Assembly (NCBI GenBank): GCA_965113315.1
Contig: OZ220373.1
Direction: 5' to 3' (one strand)
DNA: 64,000 nt
Source of the DNA: Podarcis vaucheri
Taxonomy: Eukaryota
Position 1 is the stretch's first letter, and the number at the start of each line of letters is the position of its first letter. Below are positions 13,231 to 26,729 of this stretch, piece after piece. Made by a program: the position numbers and the translations under genes. Below the pieces are notes generated by a model. That model did no database searches and was not told the DNA's origin. It saw only the letters and a list, made by a program, of their open reading frames with translations.

Positions 13231-13718
13231 CAGGGGTCTGCAACCCGCGGCTCTGGAGCCGCATGTGGCTCTTTTACACCTTTGCCACGGCTCCGGGGCG
13301 GATACTAGCGAGGGGAGGAGGCGCATTGTGCGCCCCGACACTCCCCGCTGTGGCGGGCGCTGTTCTGGCTGTGACATCGCATGGGGGCGGTGCGTGCGTT
13401 AGTCACACACCGTCCCGACGTCACCTTCCCGCCTGCCCACCCGCTACATTGTAAGGGGCATGTACGCTGGTCACTGCATTGAAAGGGGGCATGTACTCTG
13501 GTCACTGTTTTGAAGGGGAGTGAAGAACACACACACACAAAAAGGTAACTTGTTAATTTAACGTTTATTTCTATGAGGAGGCGTAATTCTGAGGGGTCAA
13601 ACAAAGAAATAATAAAAAAGTGACAAAAAAGTTATTTTTTATTGATGGGTTTTGCGGCTCCCAGTTTTTTTCCCCTTGTCCAAGTGGCTCTTTTTGTCTT
13701 AAAGGTTGCAGACCCCTG
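13231..13718. mobile_element. hAT MITE inserted in an old tRNA/MIR-like SINE
   Basis: 15-bp TIR CAGGGGTCTGCAACC..GGTTGCAGACCCCTG with 8-bp TSD GACTAGGA (13223-13230, 13719-13726). The flanks rejoin into a SINE-like sequence (~13195-13900). Confidence 0.92.
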
Positions 13719-13938
13719 GACTAGGACCTTGGAGACCAGTGTTCAAATCCCAATATCAGTCTTGAAGCTCTTTGGGTGACCGTAGGCCGGTCATTCTCTC
13801 TCAGACTAATCTACCTCACAGTGTTGTTGTGCCAATAAAAGGGGAAAGAGAACTGTGTACACCACCCTAAGCTCTTTAGAGAAAAGGTGGGGTTTAGTTG
13901 AAATAAACAAACAGGGAGTGTCTTGCAAAAGTACTGTA

Positions 13939-14277
13939 TAAAGGTAAAGGGACCCCTGACCATTAGGTCCAGTCGCGGATGACTCTGGGGTTGCGGCGCT
14001 CATCTTGCTTTACTGGCTGTAGGAGCCGGTGTACAGCTTCCGGGTCATGTGGCCAGCTTCTGGCAAAACAGAGCAGCACACGGAAACACCGTTTACCTTC
14101 CCGCCTGAGCGGTACCTATTTATCTACTTGCACTTTGACATGCTTTCGAACTGCTAGGTTGACAGGAGCAGGGACCGAGCAGCGGGAGCTCACCCTGTTG
14201 CGGGGATTCGAACTGCTGACCTTCTGATCGGCAAGTCCTAGGCTCTGTGGTTTAACCCACAGCGCCACCCGCGTCCC
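13939..14277 (-). mobile_element. Sauria (Squam1) SINE
   Basis: tRNA-related head with B box GGTTCGAATCC-like, (ACCTTT)n tail, 15-bp TSD TGCAAAAGTACTGTA (13924-13938, 14280-14294). Confidence 0.93.
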
Positions 14278-15777
14278 AATGCAAAAGTACTGTAGTTGTT
14301 ACAAAATATGACATCCAACCTAGGGATCAGGTGGCAAAACCAATAGTTGCTTTTTTTCTCCAAATAATGGAAGCAAACCAAGTTTTCACTGAGGCATTCA
14401 GCAGAACCTCTGTGGCATCTATAATATACCTTTGTTTGAAAGCATTTTTACACCACTCTTTGCCAGAAAGGCTCCCAGGGTGACTTCCAGATGATCAGTC
14501 AAGACAGTCCTTTTTGCCCACAGGCTTGTAATCAAAAGATAAAAGGAATGGGGAGGAAAGAGGAAAACAAGCACCCTCAGGCACCATTTTTTAAACTTGC
14601 GAAGTAGTTTTTATAATGACCAGCTGCTCCCAAAACAGCTGAGTGGCACTGCTTCTCATCTCAATTGCTGCTGCAGCCTGATGGGATGGATACTGCCAAG
14701 TAGCACTTGAGGAAGGAGCCTGATGGAGCTGCTGCTTCAGCAGAGCTACTGGAGCAACCTCAAAATTTGTTAACCAGAAATGCTAGACCAAATCCAGTGA
14801 AAAAGCTATTCTGATCTGGCAAATTTCCAGTTCGTAAAAGCATCTCTAACAGCTTTCGAAATTTGAGCCCGATATATATCTAAAATGTTCTTTTCTCCAT
14901 TATGGACACAGTCAATATAATAAATGAAGTATAAAAGTGTAACACAAAACATAAAAACAGATGGGTACTGTGTATGGGTAAGTAGGAAAACCTGATCTTT
15001 TCACTCTGTTCAACAGAACTTCCGTTCCTCTGCGTTCAGTTCCAAACGACGAGACTTCTTACAAAATAACACATATCCTGTGATTCTTCTTCGTTGCAGT
15101 CACTTTTAGGAACAGTTTTGCCATTATGCGAAGGATGAGGAAATTGTCCTTTTTCCCAGAAGCAAAGTAGCAAAAGACATATCAGACAATTAGTAATATC
15201 AGACTTCAAAACCCATCCCATCCCCTTTTGAACATATCATTCATATGTTTGTCCCAAATTCTGCAACAAGATCCTAACTCCTTCTGTGAACAGAATATAG
15301 TCACAGAACGGGGTTTTCCATCCTTCCCCTTTTCACTTCACTGTACCCTCCTAAAAATCTGTCCTGGGGTTTAGGGGATGCTTGGGAGAATGGTGTGTAG
15401 TATATGGAGCAGGGGGCTATAGCAGGTGGTGGCAGAGGAAATGCCATTTCCAGCCTTTGATTTCTCTGTTTAGCAGACCTTCAGGCTTAGGTAAAAATAG
15501 GCATTTGAAAGCGTTGGTAGAGATAGCATGATTGCACCTTGATAGCGAAACAGTATTTTGTTAAAAGAAGGGTCTCGCTTAGCGGCAGATTAAATGTTAA
15601 GTTGGCATCTGTGGTTTCACTGGAAAGCCCCTTAGGGAAGGGTGGTTAACTGGAGACCAGCTGGGCCAAATTTGGCCCAGGCATCACCACTTGCTCACCC
15701 ACAGGCCAGACATATGTTTCCCCCTTACTTGGCAGAGTTCCTGTATTACCTCCAGACAAGTCCATTGATTACAGTAA

Positions 15778-16142
15778 AAGGTAAAGGTAAAGGTACCCCT
15801 GCCCGTACGGGCCAGTCTTGACAGACTCTAGGGTTGTGCGCTCATCTCACTCTAGAGGCCGGGAGCCAGCGCTGTCCGAAGACACTTCCGGGTCACGTGG
15901 CCAGCGTGACGACGCTCTGGCGAACCGGCACCAGAGCAGCACATGGAAACGCCGTTTACCTTCCCGCTATAAAGCGGTACCTATTTATCTACTTTCACTT
16001 AAGGGTGCTTTCGAACTGCTAGGTGGGCAGGAGCTGGGGCCAAACGACGGGAGCTCACCCCGACGCGGGGATTCGAACCGCCAACCATGCGATTGGCAAG
16101 TCCTAGGCGTTGAGGTTTTGCCCACAGCGCCACCCGCGTCCC
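15778..16142 (-). mobile_element. Sauria (Squam1) SINE, second subfamily
   Basis: Diagnostic 3' hairpin variant GCCCGTACGGGC; 15-bp TSD CATTGATTACAGTAA (15763-15777, 16144-16158). Confidence 0.92.
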
Positions 16143-17855
16143 ACATTGATTACAGTAATATATGGCAAAACATAAACTTATTGACTATTTAAAAAATCAT
16201 TTTGTATGTAAGTTATTGTAAACGATTGTATGCTTGTATGAGTGCTAGTTGAGTTTGAGTTCAGACTGTTGCAGCAAAAGTTATGCGGTGCTTTTTTTAA
16301 AAAAGTTGCTATTCCAGGTTATTAATTCTCGCTCTTTTCATCTACTATATTTTATAAACCTTTCAGCAGAAACCGCAATATCAAAGCAGTAGGTAATTAT
16401 TGTTTGGCTGGTCTGAGATCTATTCAGGAGTTCACGCAGCTTTAAATTGTAGTCGTATGTTCATAATTATGAAGTCCTGTGTGGAAAATAAAATAATCTA
16501 CTGCAGGGGTCCTTCCTGCGAGTTATTAGTGAAGGCATGCACTCACTGTGAAACTGAATTTCTAGTTATAGATCTTTTTGTCATGAACTTTTGTATCCAA
16601 ACTGAATAATTAGTTAGTTCATCTTCTCATATACATTCATTTCCTTTTGTTTGGGGTCATGAATGGAATGTTCTTAGATTGCTATTAAAACCTGGCTTTC
16701 TACAATTTGCTCTTGTTTCTTGTTTGTGCCCGAATTTTTATTTTGTTTTTAATGTCATTGACATATATGTACCAGTGTATGTTCAGGGCACAGAGTGCAA
16801 CCAAAGGACGTTTAGTTGGTTAGACTATTTTTAGCATGTTGCTCATTTCTGCTGATATGTTAAAATATAATGTGCATTTGGCCACTTCTCTCCATGTGGT
16901 TGTCGGGATATGACCCCATGCAAATGGCTTCACCACAGGTAATCTACTTAAAAGCACTCTCACTTACGTTATGGCATTTTCCTCCAACACTCCCGGCCCA
17001 CAGCTAGCCATTACCAGATGGTTTCAAAACCTGTTCGGTTCTCTCTAAAAATCTCGAACTAATGCACTTGGTGTCGTGAAAATTCTACTCATTATTGATC
17101 CAGAGTGGATTCCAATGTATCGTTAGCAGAGTAGCAACTTGAACACGTTGCAGGATTCCCCCCCCCCAAATAGACCAGAGGCCATTGTATTTCATCCAGC
17201 AGAGCTTTACTGCTACTGAAGGCAAATGAGCATAAAGGTCACAAATCCAATACATTCAGGATTGGCCCTGACCATAAGATATCCAGTTGCAGCAGACATA
17301 ACCTTACAATAATTTATAATAAGTTTAAACACTAAGCATACTATGTACAGAACACCACAAAAAGAGATAGAAAGAGAATGGCTCCTTCTGGCCTTATTAT
17401 TATAGTCAGCATGACCTTGACTGAACAAGATAACCGTACCAGTTCAAACCAGCTGTACTCAGCTTATCTGAAGGAATAACCCAAACATCATGGACCTTCT
17501 GCTTGTTTCTTTCACACAGATAAGCTTCCAGAACCCTCTTGAACTAAGTAGAATAGGAAAGATCTCTGCACATCAGATCAATACGTTCTGTACTAAGAAA
17601 TGCAAACTGGCACTTGGACTATTTTAATGACACAGAGTTCTTTTTGGTTACATGAAAGTCTTGGGGATTCTGACAGTATCCCTCAACACTATACAATGCT
17701 TGCAGGATTCAGTGGTTACAACCCTGGAACCTGCAATGGAGTACAGATCGGAGATGATGTATCATTTGGCAAAATGAGTGACCAAATTAAAGCTAGGGGA
17801 TTTTTTTGTCATTCCAGAAAGGAAAATGTGGAATGTCCATTCTCTTTCCCCTGTA

Positions 17856-18108
17856 CAGTGGTGCCTCGCAAGACGAAAATAATTCGTTCCGCGAGTCTTT
17901 TCGTCTTGCGATGTTTTTCGTCTTGCGAAGCACGATCCGTCGCAACTGCGCCTCTTCAAGCGGCTTTAAGAAAAAAGCACAAGACGTTTTCGTCTTGCGA
18001 AGCAAGCCCATAGGGGAATTCGTCTAGCGAAGCGACGCAAAACCGAAAAACCCTTTCGTCTAGCGAGTTTTTCGTCTTGCGAGGCATTCGTTTTGCGGGG
18101 CACCGCTG
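17856..18108. mobile_element. Tigger/pogo-like MITE (short relative of 5061-5945)
   Basis: TA-flanked TIRs and TTCGTCTTGCGA repeats. Confidence 0.87.
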
Positions 18109-19684
18109 TACTTCCTTGCTTAGACTTGGTCTACACATCTACCAGAGTGAGGTGCATCAGTACTTTGAACGGTCTGTAAATGATTCCATACTGAAAAAAG
18201 TCTGTAGTGTTTTCTGGATGTTTTATTTAAGAGCATGGAATTAGCAGTAAATTAGTCTCTTACGAATTTCATGGATTTGATTTTTTGTTGTTGCTGTTTT
18301 GCATAAATACTTTAGCTTAATAATTTTTTTAAAAAAAACCCCACAAATTTATATTCAGTAGCTTGAGTGTTTATTTTCACCTTTTTTTCTCAGTGCCAGG
18401 AATATGTTTTCATCCATATTTGAAGTGTTATGGTCATATGTTGAAATTATATCAGTTTGTTTGATTGTGACATGTAAGTAAAGGTATAATCATAGTTAAT
18501 TTAAAATGATCTTGGGTTGTGCAAAGTGGTTAGCGTTAGAAGGCGATTCAGGCTGGCATGTAAAGGAGATTCAGATTGGCAGCCACCTTGCTTTTCCGGT
18601 GTACGACCTCTTCTTATTAAGAGCAGCAATAAAGGGCCCATACTAATAGCCTGATTATTATTAATATATGCTGTCTGCTACTGACCCACTTTGTTTAGAA
18701 TGTGCATTGGATATGAAGCGCCAAACACTGAAGAGTTGTAGATTTAAAAAATTCAGTTTGAAAGATGCCCTACCATTGTACATTTTAATAAGAGTTAACA
18801 GAAAAAGGTCTCTGCACGTTGCCAGGAGCAATATAGTAAAAGTCCTAAGTGCTAGTCTTCTTATTGTCATGTAGAGGAATTGTTAATCTGGTCACTGAAA
18901 ATTAATTTTCCTAGGGTGGACAGGAAAGCAGATGGGCTTGTTTAAAGCCTGCATACTGAATGAGTCAATTTTTGGAAGGGAGAAAAATGTAAATGATACT
19001 GTAGGACTTTTAAAAAAGGATTTTTGAATTTGTTTTCTGATGTGAGACACTGTGCAACAGCATAGCGTTAGTGGTATGTGTGTCACTCCCCCTGCCTCTT
19101 TACAACTATATTGTTTTACTGATGTGGTGAGATGGCTGGAGTACAGTCAGTATTTCTTGTGTTTATGCATTATTTTTTTTAATGTAGCCTGTGGCTGTTG
19201 TTCAGTACTCTTACAACAGAAAGTTGAGCTAGTTGATTCTTCACTGAAATGCAACCACTCCTTTAATTATGAAACGCCATGTCTTCTGTAACATTTCTCC
19301 TTCAGCTTTTTCAGCAGCAAAAACTGCTGATCTTTTGCTTTTAGTTTTATAGCCAAGAGAGAAACTGCAACAACACGCAACCCAAACTGTCCTATGGTCT
19401 GCCCAGCAACAGTTGCTATTAATACACTCCATAGCATTAAACTGTTATTTACAGATGCTGTTAGAAATGAACCCAACCATATAGTTAACAACATTCACTT
19501 GCTTACCTTCTCTTTTTCACGGATTCCCCCCCAGGGTCTTATTATGAGCCTTTTAAGAAAGATAAAAGCAACTCCGGGCTAAATATTGGCATGAGGAGCT
19601 TGTATTAAATGTTTCTTTGAAATGGTAACAAACAAACAACATATCTCAACCATTTCAAGGTGGGGACAAAGTTAATGGGAAGGT

Positions 19685-20181
19685 ATCTTAAAAAGCAGAG
19701 ACATCACCTTGCCAACAAAGGTCCGTATAGTTAAAGCTATGGTTTTCCCAGTAGTGGTGTATGGAAGTGAGAGCTGGACCATAAAGAAGGCTGATAGCCA
19801 AAGAATTGATGCTTTTGAATTATGGTGCTGGAGGAGACTCTTGAGAGTCCCATGGACTGCAAGAAGATCAAACCTATCCATTCTTAAGGAAATCAGCCCT
19901 GAGTGCTCACTGGAAGGACAGATCCTGAAGCTGAGGCTCCAATACTTTGGCCACCTAATGAGAAGAGAAGACTCCCTGGAAAAGACCCTGATGCTGGGAA
20001 AGATGGAGGGCACAAAGAGAAGGGGACGACAGAGGAAGAGATGGCTAGACAGTGTTCTCGAAGCTACCAGCATGAGTTTGACCAAACTGCGGGAGGCAGT
20101 GGAAGACAGGAGTGCCTGGTGTGCTCTGGTCCATGGGGTCACGAAGAGTCCGACACGACTAAACGACTAAACAACAACAAC
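19685..20181 (+). mobile_element. Bov-B (RTE) LINE, 5'-truncated 3' end
   Basis: Open frame LPTKVRIVKAMVFPVV..DAFELWCWRRLLRVPWTARRSN..YFGHLMRR..; (CAA)n tail. Confidence 0.95.
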
Positions 20182-20651
20182 CAAGCTTGAAAGTGTTCAC
20201 TATATGCCTTTAAAATGTTTTTTCCTTCTCTCTCTCTCTTTGTAAGAACAGTTAAAACATTGGAGGGCCTGGTTTGGCAAGCCTGGCTATATCACACTCC
20301 GGGTCTGTCTGAAGATGTCATGGCACGGCATGGCTGTTTCCAAGTCAGACAATTTCTCGTTTCCCTTCATTTTTATACCCCTTTGACCTTTATGAAAGAA
20401 TTTTGTTGCATCTGCTAGCTATGTCTGTGTTTATAGACTGTGATCCTTTGGCTGTACTGACTTAAATGGTACTTCCCAAATATGCTGTATAGACAACTGT
20501 CTTTTTAGCTTTGCCATTCTTCAGTGTTTTTACTCTACAGAACAAACATTAGAACAAAGGGCACCATTCTACTCATAGTTCTTCTGATTCTATCCGGGAG
20601 CATACCCTTAGCAAAGTCATTCTATTTTGCTGTCATGGCAAGCGTTTGGTA

Positions 20652-21010
20652 AGGTAAAGGTAAAGGTACCCCTGCCCGTACGGGCCAGTCTTGACAGACT
20701 CTGGGGTTTGTGCGCCCATCTCACTCAAGAGGCTGGGGGCCAGCGCTGTCCGGAGACACTTCCGGGTCACGTGGCCAGCGTGACATCGCTGCTCTGGCGA
20801 GCCAGAGCCGCACACGGAAACGCCGTTTACCTTCCCGCTAGTAAGCGGTCCCTATTTATCTACTTGCACCCGGGGGTGCTTTCGAACGGCTAGGTTGGCA
20901 GGCGCTGGGACCGAACAACGGGAGCGCACCCCGCCGCGGGGATTCGAACCGCCGACCTTTCGATCGGCAAGCCCTAGGCGCTGATGCTTTTACCCACAGC
21001 GCCACCCGCG
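20652..21010 (-). mobile_element. Sauria (Squam1) SINE, second subfamily
   Basis: Same variant as 15778; TSD GCGTTTGGTA (20642-20651, 21008-21017) overlaps the SINE 5' end by microhomology. Confidence 0.92.
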
Positions 21011-21533
21011 TTTGGTACAGGACTATTAATATTTAAGCATCAACAATCAGTCATAAATGAGAAATAGTCACCATCTGATGGACACCAGGTTTTCCATAGT
21101 GTCAGTTTCAGAGACTGTATTTAGGTAATCAATATATCCTGAAAAGTATAAAGGTGGCTCGGATTAACATCCTTTAAAATCCTTGAAAGCGAGGCCATTG
21201 CAAAACACACAAAAATGACTGGAATGTTAAATGGCCAATGTGTTAACTGGTTAACGTGTTTGTTGTAGAGAAGATGTACCACAGAGCAAGACCACAAATT
21301 AATTTATTTTATAAAAAAAAATCATAATTCTAAGATGAAAAATTGAACCCTGAATTGAGCTAGTCTGCTCCACAGGCCATAACGGGGAAAAACCTTATTT
21401 GTTCTGAAGTAGAATCCCATTGCTTGTTGGGGAGCAATGCTTTGTGGTAGCCCAGTCAACATTTTGTTGACCACTGTGAGAAGAATGTTAGACTTGAGTT
21501 AGATCCTACAGCAATTGTCTTATAATGTGTCTA

Positions 21534-21775
21534 CAGTAGTACCTTGGGTTATATACGCTTCAGGTTACATACGCTTCAGGTTACAGACTCTGCTAACCGA
21601 GAAATAGTACCTCGGGTTAAGAACTTTGCTTCAGGATGAGAACAGAAATTGTACTCCTGTGGCGCGGCGGCAGCGGGAGGCCCCATTAGCTAAAATGGTG
21701 CTTCAGGTTAAGAACAGTTTCAGGTTAAGAACGGACCTCCGGAACGAATTAAGTACGTAACCCGAGGTACCACTG
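21534..21775. mobile_element. Tc1/mariner-pogo MITE, family A (opposite orientation to 10600)
   Basis: TA-flanked TIRs; homologous to 10600-10833. Confidence 0.88.
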
Positions 21776-22706
21776 TATTGATTACAGTGGAGCCTATTTT
21801 AAGAAAAATATACTTAAAACATTGGTGTGCATTAATGATTTAGCATCACATCACTAGTTCTGGTAGGTTCTTCATCATGGCTCAGTCTTCCATTGTCTTA
21901 AAATTTGAAATATAACATTTCCCAGTAGACCTTAGGCCTTCCGGGATAATCATGTCCTTGCTTTTGTATTTTCATATGGCTATCATATCACTACTGTCAT
22001 TATGAATTAGGGCTCATATCCCCTGATAAACAAACTGTAGTTCTGAAATACACACAAAAATGGCTCAAAGTTCTGTAAATAAGATGGGAAGATGCCTGTC
22101 TTTAAAGTATATAGTCTTCAGCCTCTGTTCATAAGGTTCTTCCAGGAACATCGACGTTGTTTATAGTAATGTTACTGCTTATAGTAATAAATGTATTCAC
22201 AGGACTAGTATTTTAAATGAAAATACAAGCTTTGGGACACTGATACACAAAATATAGGAAGACTTGGATTATATTCCAAACAAAAAGTGGTAGAGTTCAA
22301 CCTCATTGATATGAATGACCCAGGGGCATTCATAATATTGACAACAGATATTTAAACAAAGATGAGTGTTGTTGAAATAGCTGTACTTTCTTATAGAACT
22401 GAATGGTTAGACGTGTTGGAGGACATATCATGGATTAGATTAAATGGGAGGTTGGAGTTAACACGTTTTTTATAGAATTGCAGCCGATTTTTCTTTCCAC
22501 AGCTTTGTGGAAGAAAACGTGATGAGTCCAAATGTCCAGTGAGGTGCCAATGAGAATCCAAATCAAAGCAACCTTAGCTGCTTGGTGTTGAGCCTTGGGA
22601 TATAGCTGTGGTTTCTTATAATAAAGTAAGCAAATGATGTGATGTCTTGGCTCAACATAAACACTTTTAAACCCGTGTGACTGGGGGCTTTTCTAGAGCT
22701 TCATTA

Positions 22707-23216
22707 AAGATAAAGGGACCCCTGACCATTAGGTCCAGTCGTGGCCGACTCTGGGGTTGTGGCGCTCATCTTGCTTCATTGGCCAAGGGAGCCAGCGTAC
22801 AGCTTCCAGGTCAAGTGGAACGCCATTTACCTTCCCGCTGGAGCGGTCCCTATTTATCTACTCCAGGGGTCTGCAACCTTTAAGACAAAAAAAGAGCCAC
22901 TTGGACCCGTTTCTGAAGAAAAAAAACTGGGAGCCGCAAAACTCGTCATTATAAAAATAACTTTTTTGTCACTTTCCCCTCACTAGTATCCGCCCCGGAG
23001 CCGCGGCAAAGGTGTAAAAGAGCCACATGCGGCTCCGGAGCCGTGGGTTGCAGGCCCCTGATCTACTCACACTTTGACGTGCTTTTGAACTGCTAGGTTG
23101 GCAGGAGTAGGGACCGAGCAATGGGAGCTCACCCCGTCGCAGGGATTCGAACTGCCGACCTTCTGATCGGCAAGTCCTAGGCTCTGTGGTTTAACCCACA
23201 GCGCCACCCGTGTCCC
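22707..23216 (-). mobile_element. Sauria SINE interrupted by a hAT MITE
   Basis: SINE halves rejoin across 22864-23060; TSD CTTCATTA (22699-22706, 23216-23223). Confidence 0.9.
22864..23060. mobile_element. hAT MITE, internally deleted relative of 13231-13718, inverted orientation
   Basis: TIR CAGGGGTCTGCAACC..GGTTGCAGGCCCCTG; 8-bp TSD ATCTACTC (22856-22863, 23061-23068). Confidence 0.93.
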
Positions 23217-24909
23217 TTCATTAGCCTGAAACAAATTTCTCCACACTGAGCACAATCTAAGCTGGTTTGGGGAATTTTGTTGATGATGTAGAAGAAGCTG
23301 ATTCTATTTTATTGGAAAGCGTTATTGAAGAAGATATGGACCAATCTGTGTCTTGCATATTGTATTCTGTTTCTTTGAATATGGTGACATTAGTTTGAGT
23401 ATATGAAATATTATTAGTAAGTGTAATTGGTTCAAAAGTTTTTGCTCACCTGGTAAACCTACACCTGATAAAGGTCATTGTTCAAGGGCGGTCCTAATAT
23501 ATTATTATGTACATCACTTCATCCATTTTTAACCGCTCTTGTAGCAGCACTGAGAAGCTAGAGACTGACTGTGGGATCTGCAGCCTCTTCTTGCATAGGT
23601 TGGAAGGAGGGAAATGTGGATTGCCAAAGCCAAATGGCGTTACTGGATCTGACCTTCAGAACCTGAGTGTTATGACGCAGGGCCCAGAGTCAGATTGGGG
23701 TGTGTGTGTGTCCTGATGGGAGACGCTGGATCTTTTGCTATTGCTGCCTCCTTTGGCAGTGAATCATCTCCACTTTCTCTGTAATTTTATACCCTTCTGT
23801 CATGTTGCCTCTTCCTTGCCTTTCCTCTAAACTAAAACAGCTATGTTGTTGAGAAATATTAACTTGCTTTTCTCATTGCCTTTCCCTCTTGTGCTGCAAC
23901 TGACTTCATTACTCTGGAGTTTAGGCAGTAATGTAATTTAAAAGATGAAGTGGTATGTTGATTCATTTCTGCGATTAAAATATTACTGTACCAAACAAAA
24001 TGGATTTTGACTGAGGAAGGCAGAGCTTTGCCTTTTAGCCTTTCTCTCTCAAATCTCTAGCTAATACAATGTGATTAAGGTGTGTGTTATTGCATTTGAT
24101 ACAGTGTGCTTGGGTAGGAAAAGAAAAGTTCATTTTTAATACGTGGGATAAGATAACACTTAAGGAAAGAGTTGTTTCAATAGAAGCTCTTTCTTAATTT
24201 AATCAATGATTTTCAGTTAATAGTAAGAAGTCCGATTACAGAGCAATGCTAAGCCTTAATGATTTTCGAAAAGCAACTCTTAACATATATATTGCATTTT
24301 ATGTTTGTGGCTAAGCTTTTTCCTAGTGAGCTTTTAAATCATAGTGGCATATCTGCACACACAGGCACTTTTATACACACACACACACACATAAACAGCA
24401 GTAAATCAATTCTCTATTCTGATTGGCATGTAGTTGGTAACCTAATTCGTTCAATGTGTTCTGTTTGAGAATGTAAAAAAGCAGAAATACTGTGCCAGAT
24501 AAGAGATCAGTACAGAAGGAAAGTAACTCTTGAATGGTCACAGTTTGCTCCTGGCAAAATTTCTTCAGCAGGTAAAAAGGTCAAGGAAGTCCACAAAATG
24601 TTCACATTTCTGTCCATGCTAATGCAAGTAAGTATCAACTTGTAGTGTAAGGTAGTGGGTTTGGAAAAATAAAATAAAGCTGCAGTATAAAAACCAAAAC
24701 AATCAAAGTTGTTTAATTATGCCCAGACTAAATCTTACTATAGAGTTCCATAACAGATAAAGACAGCTTCTGTTTTTGTCCCATTAATTGGATGAAATTG
24801 CAATGGGCTCTGTTCCCATTGAAATAAATGGGGCAAGTCCCATTTAATTTCAGTAGTAACTAAGTGCAGCTAACTAGTGTGATTAAGGAACAGATCCTGG
24901 CCTATGAAA

Positions 24910-24912
<3 letters not shown>

Positions 24913-24952
<40 letters not shown>
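24913..24952 (+). repeat. (TTA)n microsatellite
   Basis: Direct observation. Confidence 0.95.
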
Positions 24953-24953
<1 letters not shown>

Positions 24954-25960
24954 TGGGTTCCCATCGAGGAGGGGAGTGGATTTCCATTCTCTCATCCATG
25001 TGGAAAACACTATGCTATTAAGGTTTTCTCTAACCTTCCCACTCCTTGCATCTGAAAACAGGTCAGTTAGGCAGCCAGCTGCTTCACGCCATACCTCCAC
25101 TTGTTCTTCAAAGGGCTGACAGTGACGATGCTTCAAGCCATCTAGTCAGATTTGTGATTTTGTGGACAGGGCTAGAAGTGCAGCCAGGTATGTTGATATA
25201 AGGTACTGCATAATCTGTGCAATCTAAAAGAAAGCTTCACAAGCTGTATTTTAGCTGAACTCGTGTTTATTTTCATGGGATTAAATAGTATATTGGGCAG
25301 GTAACACTGTGAAATCCCAATATTATTAAATAATAAATGTTGTTTTTACTCCACATAGCATTAGACTCTTAAAAAGTAAAGGGTATATACTAGGCTTCCA
25401 TTAATTTCTACCAACAAACTATTGAAAATTCTGACTGCTTCTTTTGCAGCAAGAGCTATTTTGCAGCTTATTCACAAGCCAACCTGTCTCTCCATCTGCC
25501 TTCTTAGATGTGCCTGACATTAATTTGCCATGTTAGTGCCTTTTTTTTAAAATGTAGCTTTTAGTTTTAAAACTTGACATCTGTCAGTATTATGCCAGTT
25601 TTACTTAGAACTGAGATGACTTTTTCATGTCAGAATCTGCATGTTTGATGAGGGGTACCCTTCTGACAAACAGCTAAAATATTTCCCAAGAAAAGAAAAG
25701 GGGGGGAAAAAAGTTTCCTTCAGTTTTTATCCAGATCTTGAACACAGCTCAGATGAAGCTGTGCAAAAGGCCATAAAGGCTGGTTTATTTTTGAAAGACT
25801 TCTGGGAGCCCTGCAAGCTTGGAGATGCTCATTCCTTCCTCAGTGCTGCTGCTGCTTGTTGTTGTTGTTTATGTCGTTTACATTTGATGTTAGCCGCTCT
25901 GAGCCCGGCTTCGGCTGGGGAGGGCAGGATATAAATAAAATTTAATATTATTATTATTAT

Positions 25961-26729
25961 TAGTCTTGTCCGACTCTTCGTGACCCCATGGACCAGAGCA
26001 CGCCAGGCACTCCTGTCTTCCACTGCCTCCTGCAGTTTGGTCAAACTCATGCTGGTAGCTTCGAGAACACTGTCCAACCATCTCGTCCTCTGTCGTCCCC
26101 TTCTCTTTGTGCCCTCCATCTTTCCCAACATCAGGGTCTTTTCCAGGGAGTCTTCTCTTCTCATGAGGTGGCCAAAATATTGGAGCCTCAGCTTTACGAT
26201 CTGTCCTTCCAGTGAGCACTCAGGGCTGATTTCCTTAAGAATGGATAGGTTTGATCTTCTTGCAGTCCATGGGACTCTCAAGAGTCTCCTCCAGCACCAT
26301 AAATCAAAAGCATCAATTCTTCGGCAATCAGCCTTCTTTATGGTCCAGCTCTCACTTCCATACATCACTACAGGGAAAACCATAGCTTTTACTATACGGA
26401 CCTTTGTTGGCAATGTGATGTCTCTGCATCGCTTTTCTCCCAAGAAGCAGGCGTCTTTTAATTTCGTGGCTGCTGTCACCATCTGCAGTGATCATGGAGC
26501 CCAAGAAAGTAAAATCTCTCACTGCCTCCATTTCTTCCCCTTCTATTTGCCAGGAGGTGATGGGACCAGTGGCCATAATCTTCTTTTTTTGATGTTGAGC
26601 TTCAAACCATATTTTGTGCTCACCTCTTTCACCCTTATTAAAAGGTTCTTTAATTCCTCCTCACTTTCTGCCATCAAGGTGGCGTCATCTGCATATCTGA
26701 GGTTGTTGATATTTCTTCCGGCAATCTTA
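25961..26729 (-). mobile_element. Bov-B (RTE) LINE 3' fragment, tail-to-tail with an L2-like 3' end (~25885-25960, +)
   Basis: Minus strand reads IAGRNINNLRYADDATLMAESEEELK (RT YADD motif) through to ..VTKSRTRL, with frameshifts and a small deletion. Confidence 0.95.

Noticed and set aside
17400-17800. Possible tyrosine-recombinase (DIRS YR) remnant
   Set aside because: Only vague motif resemblance (LH..IRSVL.., GVQIGD..). Not supportable without an HMM search.
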